This document shows, in pieces, positions 46,991 through 60,000 of a stretch of DNA of 64,000 nt; within the stretch, counting starts at the first letter, position 1; each line of letters starts with the position of its first letter. Below the pieces are notes generated by a model. It had not been told where the DNA came from. It saw only the letters and a program-made list of their open reading frames with translations, and did no database searches. Origin of the DNA: Tubulanus polymorphus. Lineage: Eukaryota > Animalia > Nemertea. Position numbers and translations under genes: made by a program. Location of the stretch: assembly GCF_964204645.1 (NCBI RefSeq), contig NC_134028.1, positions 13,585,653 through 13,649,652 of the forward strand, written 5' to 3'.

Positions 46991-47625
46991 GAGTAATAGC
47001 GTAAGTGTTGTTTCATATCAGAAGTCGAAAGGTTGAGTGAGTGAAAAATAAAAATAAATTCGAGCGTGTGAGAATCTTTTAAAAACTTTGATGAGCTCGA
47101 CCTTTCGACCTCTGGTATTATTAGGAAGACTCCGTTGAGTGCAAAAATATATTTATAGAAAATTGTGACGTGTGCAGATACGTTATCGCCCATACATGGA
47201 TGGGAGGAATGTTGTGACGTATGAATACGTCACAAGCCATGAATTCCAAGCCATGTGTGGAAGAGGACCTGCACACGTTACAAAAGAGAAAGTGATATAA
47301 ATAGGGAGGTTTAAGTAAGCACGGGAGCTCCGGGGAATGATCTGTATACATCTAGTAAGAGGAAATAAACGAAAGATAACTTAGAAATTGTTAAGTTATA
47401 TCTGGGAGCCGTGTAAGAAATCAAGACCAAGGACTGAGATCTGATCTAAGAGAATGTCCTCGCCCCATCATTGAGAGGAATTATTACCACGACGCTAGTT
47501 GGAGAACCGATTCCGGATTCACAGCACTGGGAGATATACGGACCATAACACAGGTGGAGAATCCACACCCGCAACATTGGTGGAACATAACCACAACAGT
47601 ATGAAACAACACTTACCATATTACT
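46991..47625. repeat. Terminal hairpin/TIR of the Polinton, interrupted by a solo LTR
   Basis: Arm GAGTAATAGCGTAAGTGTTGTTTCATATCAGAAGTCGAAAGGTTGAG pairs with CTCGACCTTTCGACCTCTGGTAT...GAAACAACACTTACCATATTACTC once 47119-47602 is removed. Confidence 0.8.
47119..47598 (+). mobile_element. Solo LTR (480 bp, TATT...CAACA)
   Basis: 4-bp TSD GTAT at 47115-47118 and 47599-47602; ends resemble element B. Confidence 0.8.
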
Positions 47626-50050
47626 CGCTTCCCACGGAGCAGATTAGTGTTTTTGTCGCGTACACAGACATGCATCAACTGACCCACATTTGAATTGTCG
47701 AATGGTCTTGCGAAGACGTGGTGTAACATTTAAAAACGTTTTTTAGCTTATGCATGAATTGCTTTATTATTAAAAGTTATCCTACTATAAAACTATTGAA
47801 AGCCAAATTCACTTGATTTCAACAGCAACGGGCCGGCCTGGTTTAATATTTACTACCCTGAAATTTGAAAAACTTCCTTTTGATTTTGTTACCGCCCCGA
47901 ATCGTACGTAGTTTATGCTAAGGTTTTAGTTGTTTAATGTCATTGTCTCACAGGATCAACATTTTTCAAGTAAAAAATGCCTATAATTAATCTTGCGTAA
48001 CCGTCCTTATTCCGCTGGTGAATATTGTTTCCCTGTTCAACTTGGTCAATCGTTAGACTAGCTATAGGCCTTCTGGGTACAGCTAGCAGTTGTGTTGAAT
48101 CTTGTTGAATCATGGATGTGAAGCTTGTACCCCATGGACTGCATGGCCATTTTACTAGGCCTATGTCATGGGTACTTGGCGATTGTGCAGAGAGTAGACC
48201 GTATCCAGTGGCCATGGTAAGTATACATACTGATTTGTTACCTTGATAGTATGGATGTCGATTAACAAAACATGTATCGCATCAACACAGTTAATTCCAT
48301 TCACTTTTCATTCACTTATCAAGTTCAAAGTCTATACCGAAACCCATCATGGAAAATTTCTTCCTGGTCTAAAATTCGGGCGATTCGATTCCAATAATGG
48401 CCAACGTAATTGGCGGCGTTAAAAGCCTAGCGGCCGCAATTGTTATACTCCTTTTTTCAAACTTGGAGCAGAACCCTATTCAAAATTGGGTTTATTCGGT
48501 TCACAATATGGCCATGAACGAAGTTAACAGTGTATAGAGGCCGTTTTTGTCGACCAATTTTCTTAAAACTTCGTACACGAGTAGGGTGGGGCGGAACTCT
48601 ATTAAAGTTAAGTTGATGCGATTCAATTATGGCTACCAGGGGAAAACAGCCTAGAGGACGCAACTGTTTTCTAAACTTTGTACACTTGCTATCTAATCAT
48701 TCTTGTAGAAATAATTGTGGACTCAATATTTCTAACGCATTTACCACAAATCCTGTAACTTCACATGTGGCGGTGAATTTCAGGCCGGGGGCATACGAGG
48801 CTTTGCCTCATTCTAATTTTGCTTATTTATTGAGGATGTTGTAGTGAAGTATGTAAATTTGTACAGTTATATACGCGTAGATTGGTGATCATTTGTAAAA
48901 CGTTTTTGGAAATATTTATTCTCTGTTATAATTACGTATAAGAATCAATATAGAATTCGATAATCGCCAAAACAATCATAATTCTTTACGTGAAAATGCC
49001 AAACCACAACATAAAGGACACGATATATGACTGACTGTTCTTGTCAAATAAGCACGCTTGACAGATCAAGTGCGTAGCAAAATTGGTGCAATTCCCCTCA
49101 GTCCTCCAAATCAGTAGGTTAAAATCCCCACTTTGCAGTACATTTCTTGGCAAGATATGTCTACAATTCTATTCATTTGCAATACAACTGCAATATGTTT
49201 ACACTCAGCAATGCACGCTTCGGTTCCGATAAATTGTAAGATGAAATTAATTAGAATTACTATAATTAGTAAATTTTGTATTCGTAATATTTCAAAATTT
49301 GAACTGGAATATTTTTGAACTGTGAACTCTTGTGGTAGGTTCCACCGTGCCATGCGATGAATGATTAGAAAAAAATGAATCATTCTACTTGAAACATTCT
49401 AGATTCAAGCTGATATATTTGAACTGCACGATGAACACTTAATAACATGCGATATATTTGAGGCGAGTTTAGTACTATATCATATCATATAGTCATCTTT
49501 ATTTTCCTTTACAATTTCAGTTATATTTAACGTAAAATCATTAATACCGGTAATACACTGATATGCATGAAGCATATTTCAATATAGGTGAATAAATGAA
49601 TACATAAGTGGATTTATTTCACATTATATATGACAGAAATAGAGAGGAGGAAACAGTAAAAAGCCGAGGATTGTTAGAAAATAGCCCCTCAACCCTTACC
49701 GAACCCAAGTTTTCAGAGCCATACAACAATCACTCAACACAATCACACGACATGTTTACGTTTAGAAACGTAGTGTGGCCAAAAGTCTATTCATGGCAGC
49801 GGAACGGGAAAACTTGATGACGGTTCGATATTACGATTGGCTGCAGTATTCCGACATTTCCATGTTTTAAATTTATGCCTCAATCATCAAATAGCTAGGT
49901 TTGGTTCAAGGTGTAACGGGATAAAATAGTTTAGGTTCTTGTTTTTTCAAGCTTTAAGACTTGGTTCGCGCAGACCTTACGTGCACATCTGAAATATACA
50001 TACTGCCTCCCCTAATGGATAAAGTGTTTCATATACACGCTAAATTCAGA

Positions 50051-50173
50051 TTAAAAATTCTCGTAATGATGTTTGAAGAACGTCGATGTAGACTTGCTGA
50101 CAACGTGGCAGTTTTTCTCAATTGTTTTGGTTAGACCCGGAGGACCACAGCTAAATACTCCGACTTTTTTCAC
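50051..50173 (-). CDS. DUOX: Dual oxidase, last coding exon
   Basis: [16 protein letters not shown]...HHYENF*; AG acceptor. The HYENF ending is DUOX-like. Confidence 0.9.
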   Translation of the reverse strand: MKKVGVFSCGPPGLTKTIEKNCHVVSKSTSTFFKHHYENF

Positions 50174-50266
50174 CTGCAACAAATAAGGGAAACTTGGATC
50201 CGTCTTGATCTAACAGTATTTGTTTCATATCACTGTGCTTATCAGGATCGATCGTTTTATCCCTAC

Positions 50267-50395
50267 CTGAGGATGAACTCTCGCAACATTTTCCAAGTAT
50301 GTATTTATATCTGGCCGTCCAAAATGTGTGTTTGCTTTTAATCCAGTGAAAAGACTCGTTCCTGCAATTTTTTGGAAGTGTTCCTCGCATATATA
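50267..50395 (-). CDS. DUOX: Dual oxidase exon (NADPH-binding domain)
   Basis: YICEEHFQKIAGTSLFTGLKANTHFGRPD...HPQ; AG/GT boundaries. Confidence 0.9.
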
Positions 50396-50913
50396 CTGAA
50401 AGTCAATATAATGATAGCTATGAAATAAGTCACGCTGTACCGATAGGTTCTGATTATATAAGGCAGAAACTATCCATACAAATTGTCCTCACAATTACCG
50501 GCGCTGTTTGTAAAGTCCAGGAGCGGATCTAGGACTATAGCTAGTGTATGTGAAACACTTAAACCAGCAAGACAGAAACCCTCCTGCTGCTTCGCTCTTT
50601 TCTGTCTATAATTTTCCTACCAATTTTGGTGATTGCCCCACCCGAGAAACCGGAATTTGTTGTGGCTGTATGTGCATATAAATGATCCTGCTAGGCAGAG
50701 ATACCAAAAACACCGCTATCAATGCTTTTCAGCTCATGTCGTTTTTAGGTTCAGCAGTGCCTATTATCTCAGGGTTCGAATTGCATCGAAATACAATTGG
50801 TTTCCAGATATTTTCCACAATTTTCAAAAATTAGAAACCGGCGTTTTGGTTCTGAATGCAATCCACGCCATTTCATATTAACATTCATAACGTAGTCCCA
50901 TTCCTGTTTATGA

Positions 50914-51127
50914 GAGGTGCAGTCGCCGAGTGGCTTAAGCCGCGGGCTGTCACTGGTCTCATCAATCCAGGGTTTATGGTTTCAAACCCTGGTGGTGACA
51001 GAATGTTCTCCTCTGGTGGTCTCTGCCCCATTTCGAAAAAGAGATATCGAACCCGCTGATAATGCCCTGTGTGGCGCTTAGTGGGTCGAGGGTATTAAAA
51101 GAAATAATACAAGAATAATAACATACA
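50914..51127 (+). mobile_element. tRNA-derived SINE in a DUOX intron
   Basis: A-box-like GTCGCCGAGTGG, B-box-like GGTTTCAAACC, A-rich simple-repeat tail. Confidence 0.65.
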
Positions 51128-51335
51128 AAAATTCCTGTTGATATCGAAAGTAATTTCTCCGTTCTATGTACCAGTCATATGAATATCGAATCCGTGAAAA
51201 ATATATAATTTTTAGTTTCTATGTATTTCTTTTGCGGTGGTGCTGCTAGGCAGAAAACCCACAATCGCTGCTCTGCAGCTTTATTTCAAATTGGAACTCG
51301 CCTACTTTACTAGGACAATTTTGTATTAGACTTAC

Positions 51336-51491
51336 AAGCATCGTCGTTCTCAAATCGAATTCCTGAAAGAATTTCGTGATGAAAATATCTGTTTTAATAA
51401 TATCGATTTTGTCTTGCGTTTCAACTTGTCTCAATATGTCGATAAACCATTCAAAATGTCGCTGGTTTCCGGTGACCCACATAAAATACAA
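51336..51491 (-). CDS. DUOX: Dual oxidase exon
   Basis: LYFMWVTGNQRHFEWFIDIL...FDLRTTML; AG/GT boundaries. Confidence 0.9.
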
Positions 51492-51702
51492 CTGAAATGA
51501 AGTGTAAATCATAATTACACATTATATTCGTCATCGATTGGAGTGTAGGCCAGAGATTGTATCATTATAAGCAGCTGATATATATACTATAGCTGATAGT
51601 TAGCAGGCTAAACTAGTAAAAATTAAAGATTACTTAATGAAAACTGTTAACCAGGGTATTGTTGGTCAGTTAAACAGCACTATATTGGTTAGTAATTAAA
51701 AC

Positions 51703-51873
51703 CTTTTTCGTTTTGATTCTGTTCTTTGAAACACTCTTCGTAGCAATCAAGTGAATAAAATATTTCAATATAGAGGCATACGGTGTCACTCCAATACCAC
51801 CACCAATTAGTACTGAAACTTCGAATCTAAACCAATCCTGTTGTCCAGCGCCATAAGGCCCATCTAAATGTAT
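51703..51873 (-). CDS. DUOX: Dual oxidase exon
   Basis: [14 protein letters not shown]...[15 protein letters not shown]; AG/GT boundaries. Confidence 0.92.
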
Positions 51874-51945
51874 CTAAAAAAGTCGCTTTAATGAAAAAAC
51901 AAATTCAACTCATTTTAACATTTGCACGTCAAAAATTCTAAAGAC

Positions 51946-52175
51946 CTTAGGGATATTTTCATGATTAATATTTTCTGCAGTGAATAAACTTCGTATTTTC
52001 CATGTCCATGGCCCTAGTGCTCGGATGTATACGGACAGGGTCTTCTCGTGTGGACTAGATGTAAGTGTAAACGGGTGAAATTCTTGCTGTCCCTGATTTC
52101 CACAGGCTAGACGAATCCACTGTCCAGACAAGTAATCAAAATCGTGTGGTCGCTTGAACTCCAAATATGTCACGT
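51946..52175 (-). CDS. DUOX: Dual oxidase exon (FAD-binding domain)
   Basis: SGQWIRLAC...EFHPFTLTSSPHE...IRALGPWT; phase-1 acceptor matches the upstream exon. Confidence 0.92.
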
Positions 52176-52527
52176 CTTTAAAGTTTGAAAAAAGAATCGT
52201 TATAAGTGGGTGTTATCATATTGTGGAATCACGGAATCGGGGAATTTTCCAAAACCGAAATTTATTTTTCAAAATTAACATTAACCTGGTTCTTCCACGG
52301 GGCTGAACCTTGTCGGACAAGGCACCGGCACTGGGATGAAAAATATCCGCTGATACCGCTCTGGTTGCTGAAATCGTCCAGCATATCGCAATAGGGAGTG
52401 TTGCCTTCAGATGTTAGAACAGGAAACTATGGTGTGATCGTGGTATCATTCTTTCATAAGTTTGAGTGTACCAAGCAAAATTATTGTCATCATTGCTGTA
52501 TGGAAGTGAAACCTGGCCAGTCTACAA

Positions 52528-53115
52528 AGTTATTAGATATATGTCGTTTCATACAAGAGGTCGAAAGGTTGAGCTTATAAAAATGAAAAATAAATTCTCG
52601 CATGCTCGAATTTATTTTCTATTTTTTACTCACTCAACCTTCTAACCTCTGATATGAAACGACATACATATAATTACTCTAATATTTATATATGTGATAT
52701 TTACATATATGAATATTTAATATATATTCTATAATGAAATCAATTTTAATAAAAAATTTATATTATAAATGGAGAGTAAACAAGTACATACAACAAATCA
52801 TTCTTAGATAGAATTGAAGTTACTACAAATGCTAAATCAGTAGATTGAAAATTTAAGAAGTTAACAGAATTAAAAATTCATAAGAAATATTTAATTACTA
52901 ATATTGATACAACTACTAATGATAATGGTAATAAATTAATGATTCATCTTGAATATGAAGGATTGAAAGGAAATAAATATAAATTCAGAACATATTTACC
53001 AGATAGATTTCATAGATTATCTTGCGAAGATGTTAAAGAATTATGTTCTGGTGATTTCTATTTCATATATAAAGGTAAGAATGAGAAAGGGCACCATGAT
53101 ATAGATTTCGAATAG
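52528..53115 (+). mobile_element. Polinton end fragment: terminal hairpin plus pseudogenised homolog of 41003-41356
   Basis: Reverse-complement match to 46887-47625; MESKQ... start at 52769 with stop/frameshift. Confidence 0.8.
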
Positions 53116-54213
53116 TATAAGAACAATTTTAATTAAAAAAATATATAATAGTCAGCCATCCAACAGACTGTATGACATCTAGAAATCAATCTTTGGGCAT
53201 TTTTGGGTAGAGCTTGGCACCCGGGCTTAAATGAAAGGTGAGACTCCCCCCACCCTGAAACACATGTCTGCCACTCTGTGATTTTTCACTTTCGGTCTAT
53301 AGGGGGCGCTAAATACGGGGTATTCGTTAAGAAGGAAAATCGGCAAATATATTGCAAATTAACCTTAAAAAGTTGTTGACCTTTTGCACGTCAGCAGAGT
53401 ATGGTTTCATATATATACGCTTATGCATGAATCGTTCACGATATGTTTTGTCAAACCCAGTAATCCAACGTTTAAAATCATATATTGTTGGCTGTTGCCT
53501 AGCAACCTAATTTGGGCGCTGTTCACAGGGCTGAAAATTAAGTTTCTGTTAATGCAAAGACACGAAAATAATATTTATCAGTTTAAGTTAACAAAATAAT
53601 ACCATAATTCATTTATTGAGACTGCCCGTGTTCCATATGACGAATCATAATGACCATCATTGTTGAAACGCCGTTGCTATGACACCATAGATTTGGTTGT
53701 CTCCATCCTTTCAATTAATGGATAAATGGATAACCGACTTTCCTGTTGCTGTGGGACATCAACATCAAACAAACTCCGTTACCATGGAAGCACATGCTGT
53801 AAAAGGTTGTACTCCAACATTGTTGACTTTCTCCATGGTAACCAAGGCGGCAAATGCATGAAAATGCCTATGAAATGATTTTGGTTACAGTCCGATCTTG
53901 AGTTGTCACAGAAAAGTGATACTGGTATCGATTCCTATGTTTTCGGGGTCGCTCTACCCGTCTTTGGGCAGATAAAAAAGCTACGACTTAAATAAAATGA
54001 AAATCTAGTAGTCCGACCACTAATAAATAGTTCTGGAATCATCATATCCCATATAAATCCAATCGTATTTTGATGAAATGAGCATGACTTCATTTGCAGC
54101 TATAATGAGATTCAAATTTAGGTTTGCTCAATATATCCTTGGAAACGACAATAATGGGTGTTTCTTTAAAATCATGTCTCAAATCTTTGCCATGGATGAA
54201 GCAATGCAGCTGA

Positions 54214-56653
54214 ATGGAGTCAGTTAAGAGGAAAAGGGTGCTTGATGGTGGTGAGTGTTGTTTGTTTTGTGAAAAGAAGGGTACGGAAAAGTTGTTAGGC
54301 CTATTTGGAAAAGATGGTGGTACACTGCGATCGAAAGACGTAGCACAGGAAAGGCGAAAATTGAGGGACGAGGTCAATTATTCTATCCTGGAGAATATTG
54401 AACAGGTTGGAAACGATTCGAGAGTGTTTTGGCACAAATCATGTTACAGTTTATTTACATCAGAGTGCAAACTTCAACGACTGCGACAGAAAACTGCTGC
54501 AAATGATGATGCATTTCCTTCTTACAGCCTTCGAAAGGATACGAGCGAAAATGATTGGAATCTTTGTCTATTCTGTCAAGAAGATACAGGTTTTTCAATC
54601 CATCAAGTCACAGACAAAACGACAGCCGACAGAATATACAATATAATTAAACAACAAGCAGACTTACAGAAACGAGTTGGAAACGAAGACATCAGATCAA
54701 AAAACGGAAAGTACCACCTTAAATGCTACAGGTTCATCGACAAGAAAGTCGAGAAACAGAATGTATTTGATGAAATCGATGAAGCATTTGAAGAAGTACT
54801 AAGCCATTTGATATCTGAAATGAAAAATGGTGTTGTTGTCGAATTGAAAAATTATCACACCAAGTATTTGAATATCTGTGAATCCAAAGGAATACCCCCA
54901 AAGAGTTCATTCAAAACTAGAAGAAGCACAATGTATGATGCCTTAATATCAAAGCTACTAGTAGGTAACCTCTTCAACGACTTGCAAGTTGAATGGTAGG
55001 CCCATATTGATATCTCTTTTTTAAAGGCAGAGTAACGAAGCCTTAGCCATGTCTGGTTCAACTCCAGATTTGGTCAATATAGTTTCGTCGTGGTGGGTTT
55101 TCATTAATGAAGTGAGTGGTTCGGCAATTTGAAATCGTCGGAATTGTCGACAAGTAAAATTTTACTCGTCGACAATGTCTACAATCCTGATTGTCGACCG
55201 ATTTTACTCGTCGACAATGTCTACAATCCTGATTGTCGACCGATTCTACTCGTCGACAATTTCTACAATACTGATTGTCAACCAATTCTACTCATCGACA
55301 ATGTGTACAATCCTGATTGTGGACTGGCTGAATGATATGTCCGTACCAGCAAATTTACTGACTTCAATCAAGCAAATTTTGGTAGTTCAGGCAGATAATA
55401 AGCACATCCAGCTATTACAAGGTAAGGAGTAGAGCAATGAAAATAAAAATCACGACGTACGTAGACCAGCCGTAGTCCCCTGTTTGGACGTTGGACACTG
55501 GTCTGTCACAGGTCCCTTCTGCCTCGTACTCGCTCAACCAAGTTTCAGTAGCGTAAACCAGATATTATAACATGTTTCCACTGGTTTGGTTTATTACACT
55601 TATTTTCCGCTGGCTAGTACAAGCTGGTTCCCAATTCAAACCTTGGTTGGGTATAATTTGAGGTAGTTTTATATTGATATCTTGCCTGAGAATATCTATC
55701 TATATTATTTCTATTCCTTGGTTTGCACAACAACGTGATTGAGCAGATCTGAGCGTGCACTATTTTCAACTTCATTTTGTTGTAGAAAAACTACATAGTT
55801 TTGTCAAATGTTTAGCGCAGGGTCAATATCGTGGACTTTTAGAGGAATTTGACATTTTATCCGAGCAACTAGAGAAGGAACCTGGGTGCTGCATCTCGAA
55901 AGTTTTGCGATGATGCTCCCATGGAAGGCCAGATACGACCATACAAACTACACACGCTGGGGTCCTGTATATCTGGCTCAGATGAAAGACCTGGAAGAAA
56001 CAGCACCAACTGTTTATCGGTAGGTAATACATAAATATTGCAGCAATTATGCCCAACAAAATATTTCTTTTAAGTGGCTAGATGTGGCCGCATACACATC
56101 TACTATTGAGAATGCCTCTGTAATAATACGTAGAGATATAAATACGGGATCTATACTCTAACTATTTGTAAAATGCACTTCAATTTTTCATCTTTTCTTC
56201 AGAGAATTTGTCATGGGAAATTTTGTTACAAAGAGGAGTGCCACCAGCTTCAATCAAGTCTCGTTTGATCAAGTGACAGAATGGATGAACAGGACCTGTA
56301 AATTGGCGAATGGAATTATCGGTATTTCTACAGGTTGGTTGAAAACTTTATTCATTTTATGAAATGAGATATCGTGGGGTCACCTCACTTAGAGACCAGA
56401 CGAGAGTGTCTATTCACCTATTGCCCTAACCACCAAGCTCCCTTTCTAAATGCGTACTTCTTATCATATTCAGGTTTACCGTCAGAAGCTTGACGATACA
56501 TTCCGAATCAATGTTGTATTTGATAGATACTATGGAGAAACATCAATGAAGAGAGTTACTAGAGAGAAGATGTCTCAAAAGATAAACACACCTGGAGTAC
56601 GACAATTAATCACAGAGGAAACACCTTTTACAAAAGTAGAATATCATTCATAA
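54214..56653 (+). pseudogene. Degenerate transposon-like gene
   Basis: Two CxxC...HxxC modules in ORF 54214-54999, then fragments GNFVTKRS...DQVTEWMNR and INVVFDRY. Superfamily not assignable by eye. Confidence 0.5.
55159..55320. repeat. 42-bp minisatellite, ~4 copies
   Basis: ATTTTACTCGTCGACAATGTCTACAATCCTGATTGTCGACCG at 55159, 55201 and onward. Confidence 0.85.
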
Positions 56654-57046
56654 ATTTCATTTTCGAAATTTCAATTATGAGTAATTGCATTTCTTTCGAG
56701 ATAGTACTGGTAATCTTCAATGTAAATTTTTAGGACTGGATAGCTTTCATCAAAAAACTTAAAATTACTTATTAGGTTACTGTAAATAAAGAATTGAATT
56801 GAATTGTTAGACAACAAGCACCGGCGAAATAACAGTTTGTGACGTCATTTAGTAAGTAAATAAAGGAGGGCTCCGAGAATTTCCAAATCACGGGGACTAT
56901 ACTGGGGTTAGACCATTCAACCAAAAAGAGGATTGCTCCGATAATATCCAAATCATCTCATTTTATTTTTTTATCGAATACCCGGTAATTAATTTTTCCT
57001 TTCGATCACATGCATCCAGAAAACCCGTAATCGCTGCTTTGCAGCT

Positions 57047-60000
57047 ATATTTTCTACTTTTGATATTTCAGGATTATGATGATTATCAATATTTATTGCG
57101 CCATTAGAATATGTTGCAATAGTAAAAAATATTAATACGCCTTTTAAAGATCTCCTTGGGAAGTTAATATTCTCATTAATTATTTCATCATTTGCGTTCA
57201 TAGTTACAATTTTAAATTTTTCAATATAATCATTTAATAATGAAAATCCTTGATTATATTGAGTTTGAATTATGCTAGCAATATTTTCATCAGTTACTGT
57301 ATCATATTCTAAACATACATTTGATGATTTATAACCCATATCTTTAACAACGCTGGATAATACTATTTCATTAACAGGAACAAATGTTATTTCGAATATA
57401 AAATCTTCTTGAATTGCATATTTATATAGAGGCTCATTATTATTTATCAATTCAAAATCTAATGGAATTTTATATTTGCTTCCATAAATCTTTTCAATCA
57501 AATTATCTGCGGTACGAGTTACTATTGCGTCATTAGCTCCCGATCTTAATTTATAATGGTTTTGTGATTGGATGCCTAGAAATATCATATTATTTCTATT
57601 TTCTTTTGTTAACCATAAATCTTTATAATGCGTAAATAAATTATAACCATCTAATGAGAAAAACTGTTTCTGGGCCAATCTTTATAGTTAATTTTTTAAT
57701 CAAATATCTTCCAACATTATCAACAACATAATTATTATCATGGCCAGTTACTTTTATATCGGCTAATAGATGAATACTATTTGGAACATAAAAAGTATTT
57801 TGTGTTAATCGAGGGATTCTAACATATAAAGTTTCATCGGGATTAATATAGATGGATTATGAGTAATTATATGATGAAATCTCTCTGCTTTAATAGCATT
57901 AGATATTCTAGAACTCTTAGAAGGATTTATGTAACTCCCACTCATTTACTTAACCAAAAATTAATTATTTATTTTTTATCATATTAACTAATCCAAAAAT
58001 AATTGCACTTACAACTGTAATTAAAAATAAAATTATATGTTCAGCAGCAAAGTTAATAATATTTCCAGCAGATTTTAAAACAAAACCAACAATTGATGCA
58101 ATTCCTGGTAATGCTGCAGCAGATTTTTTAGATAATTCCATAGATATTTTGCTAATTTTTTTAAACCATCTTTCACTTTATCTTGTATAGAATTATTATT
58201 ATTTGGAGGTTTATCCGGTTTATTCTGTGTAGGCGTAGATTTTAATGAATTTGATATTGCTAAACCAATTGTTGTAAATAACATAGTTACAGCTGTTAGA
58301 ATTGAAAGTATTGTGATACCTTCTAGTTTATATAATAATCTTATTCTATCTTTTAATGCTATTTTAGAATCCGGTTTTATCAACAAATCTTTAAAAATAA
58401 CTTTTAATTTTTTAATGTGATTGAGATCATATGATTTGAATAATACATCTCTTTCTTTTTCCTGTATTTCTTTGTTATATTTTAAATCATCAATTTCTTT
58501 TTCTAAAGATGACTTTCTGCTTTCATAATCCGCTTCATCAATTACTTGAAGATCTCTACTTAATTTTAATTGTTTTAATTCTTCATTTGCATTAGTTAAT
58601 TCTTTTTCTAACATGATTATTATAGAGCATCTCATCTTAATATTAGCAATTTCACCAGCTGATTCTTGCATACCTTTAATTTCTCTACGTCCTTGTTCAG
58701 GAAATATTTTTAATTGTTCTTCATTTAAATCAATTAATCCTTTTTTTAATAAATATTGCATTCGATTTGTTCCAGTTTCAGTACCAGGTGTATCTAAAGT
58801 ACTATTCATCTCTTCTTCAAATGAATGAACTGTATCTAAACATGCTATCAAAATGTTTTACTAGTTGTAATTGACTTGAATCATTATCAATTGGTTGAAT
58901 ATCTCTTCTCGGTATTTCTGGTGTTGAAGTTTTGAAGTTTTGAAGTTTTTAGATTTGGATTTTTAAATGGTGAATATTTGTTAATATAAATATCCTTAAT
59001 TGGTTCTTTTTCATTTATTCTATCGATTGCATTCCATATAATTCTGAGAAATTCTGTACCACCTTTTGATTTTTCAATTGAAGATCTTGCTAACATTCCA
59101 GGATCATACATACTTTCTTGACCCATTTTAGATAATTGAATTGATACTGTTTTCCTATTTAATTCAACATTATAATACCATACATCATTTTTAAATTCTA
59201 AATTATTCATGAATAATGGGTCATCTTTTAAAATTTGGTTTACAATTTTTTCTGAACTAATTTTATCAATTATATGTTTGGATAATAGTTCCTTTACAAC
59301 TGTATCTGTTACTCTACTTTTAATTAACTCTTATACATCTTTTGAAATAGGAAATTCGCCTTGTTGTAATTGTTTCATATAATTTTTTCTTTTTGTTCTA
59401 GTTGTAATTACGCTCCTTTCAGGATCTGTTTAATATTTTTCAACATCATCATCATCAGCCTCATAAACATCATCTTCATCTTCACCTAAATTAGTATTAT
59501 ATGCTGCTCCACCATCATTATCAATATTAGTTTCATTAAAATCAGGTTGTGGTTCATCACTTATACCAGGGGCGTCACCAAAAGTATCCATTGCAATATC
59601 TTCTCCACCTTCTACATCCATTTATATCATATAAAAAATAAAATTTGAAATATAATATTCCTCCTATTACAATTCCTATACAAGTTATAGCTAATTTAGC
59701 ATTTTCATGTGATTTATTATCATTATTAGTTTTAATTAAATCATGTTGGATAATATCAGTTTTTATATTTTCTGATGAATTGTAATCTTTTATTTGAGAA
59801 TCATTATTTAATTTGATATTCTTAGTTTTAGTTTCTGTCGATTGAATATGTTTTTTAATTTTTTCACCTTCCATTATTTTTGGAGCAGTGATAATTTTCT
59901 TATTTATATCATTAAATCGAAATGAATTATTTATTATTGCGGTTTTAATCAAATTATTATAACCAATTATATTTCCCATCTTTAATATTAAATCGTCAGA

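Larger units (their letters stand above)
24017..47625. mobile_element. Polinton/Maverick-like endogenous dsDNA virus, rearranged and partly pseudogenised
   Basis: pPolB, RVE integrase, A32/FtsK ATPase and capsid-like genes. Related termini AGTAAT...TTTCA..TCAGAGGTCGAAGGTCGA at 24017 and, inverted, ending at 47625. Very AT-rich and intronless. Confidence 0.92.

Noticed and set aside
24011-47631. A single intact Polinton with 6-bp TSD
   Set aside because: The flanks GAAAAA and CGCTTC do not match and the termini are only partly identical.
47630-50050. Short ORFs downstream of DUOX
   Set aside because: No motifs, homologs in the window or splice support.
50914-51000. Functional tRNA gene
   Set aside because: A and B boxes are present but there is no clean cloverleaf, and a body plus A-rich tail follows, so a SINE fits better.
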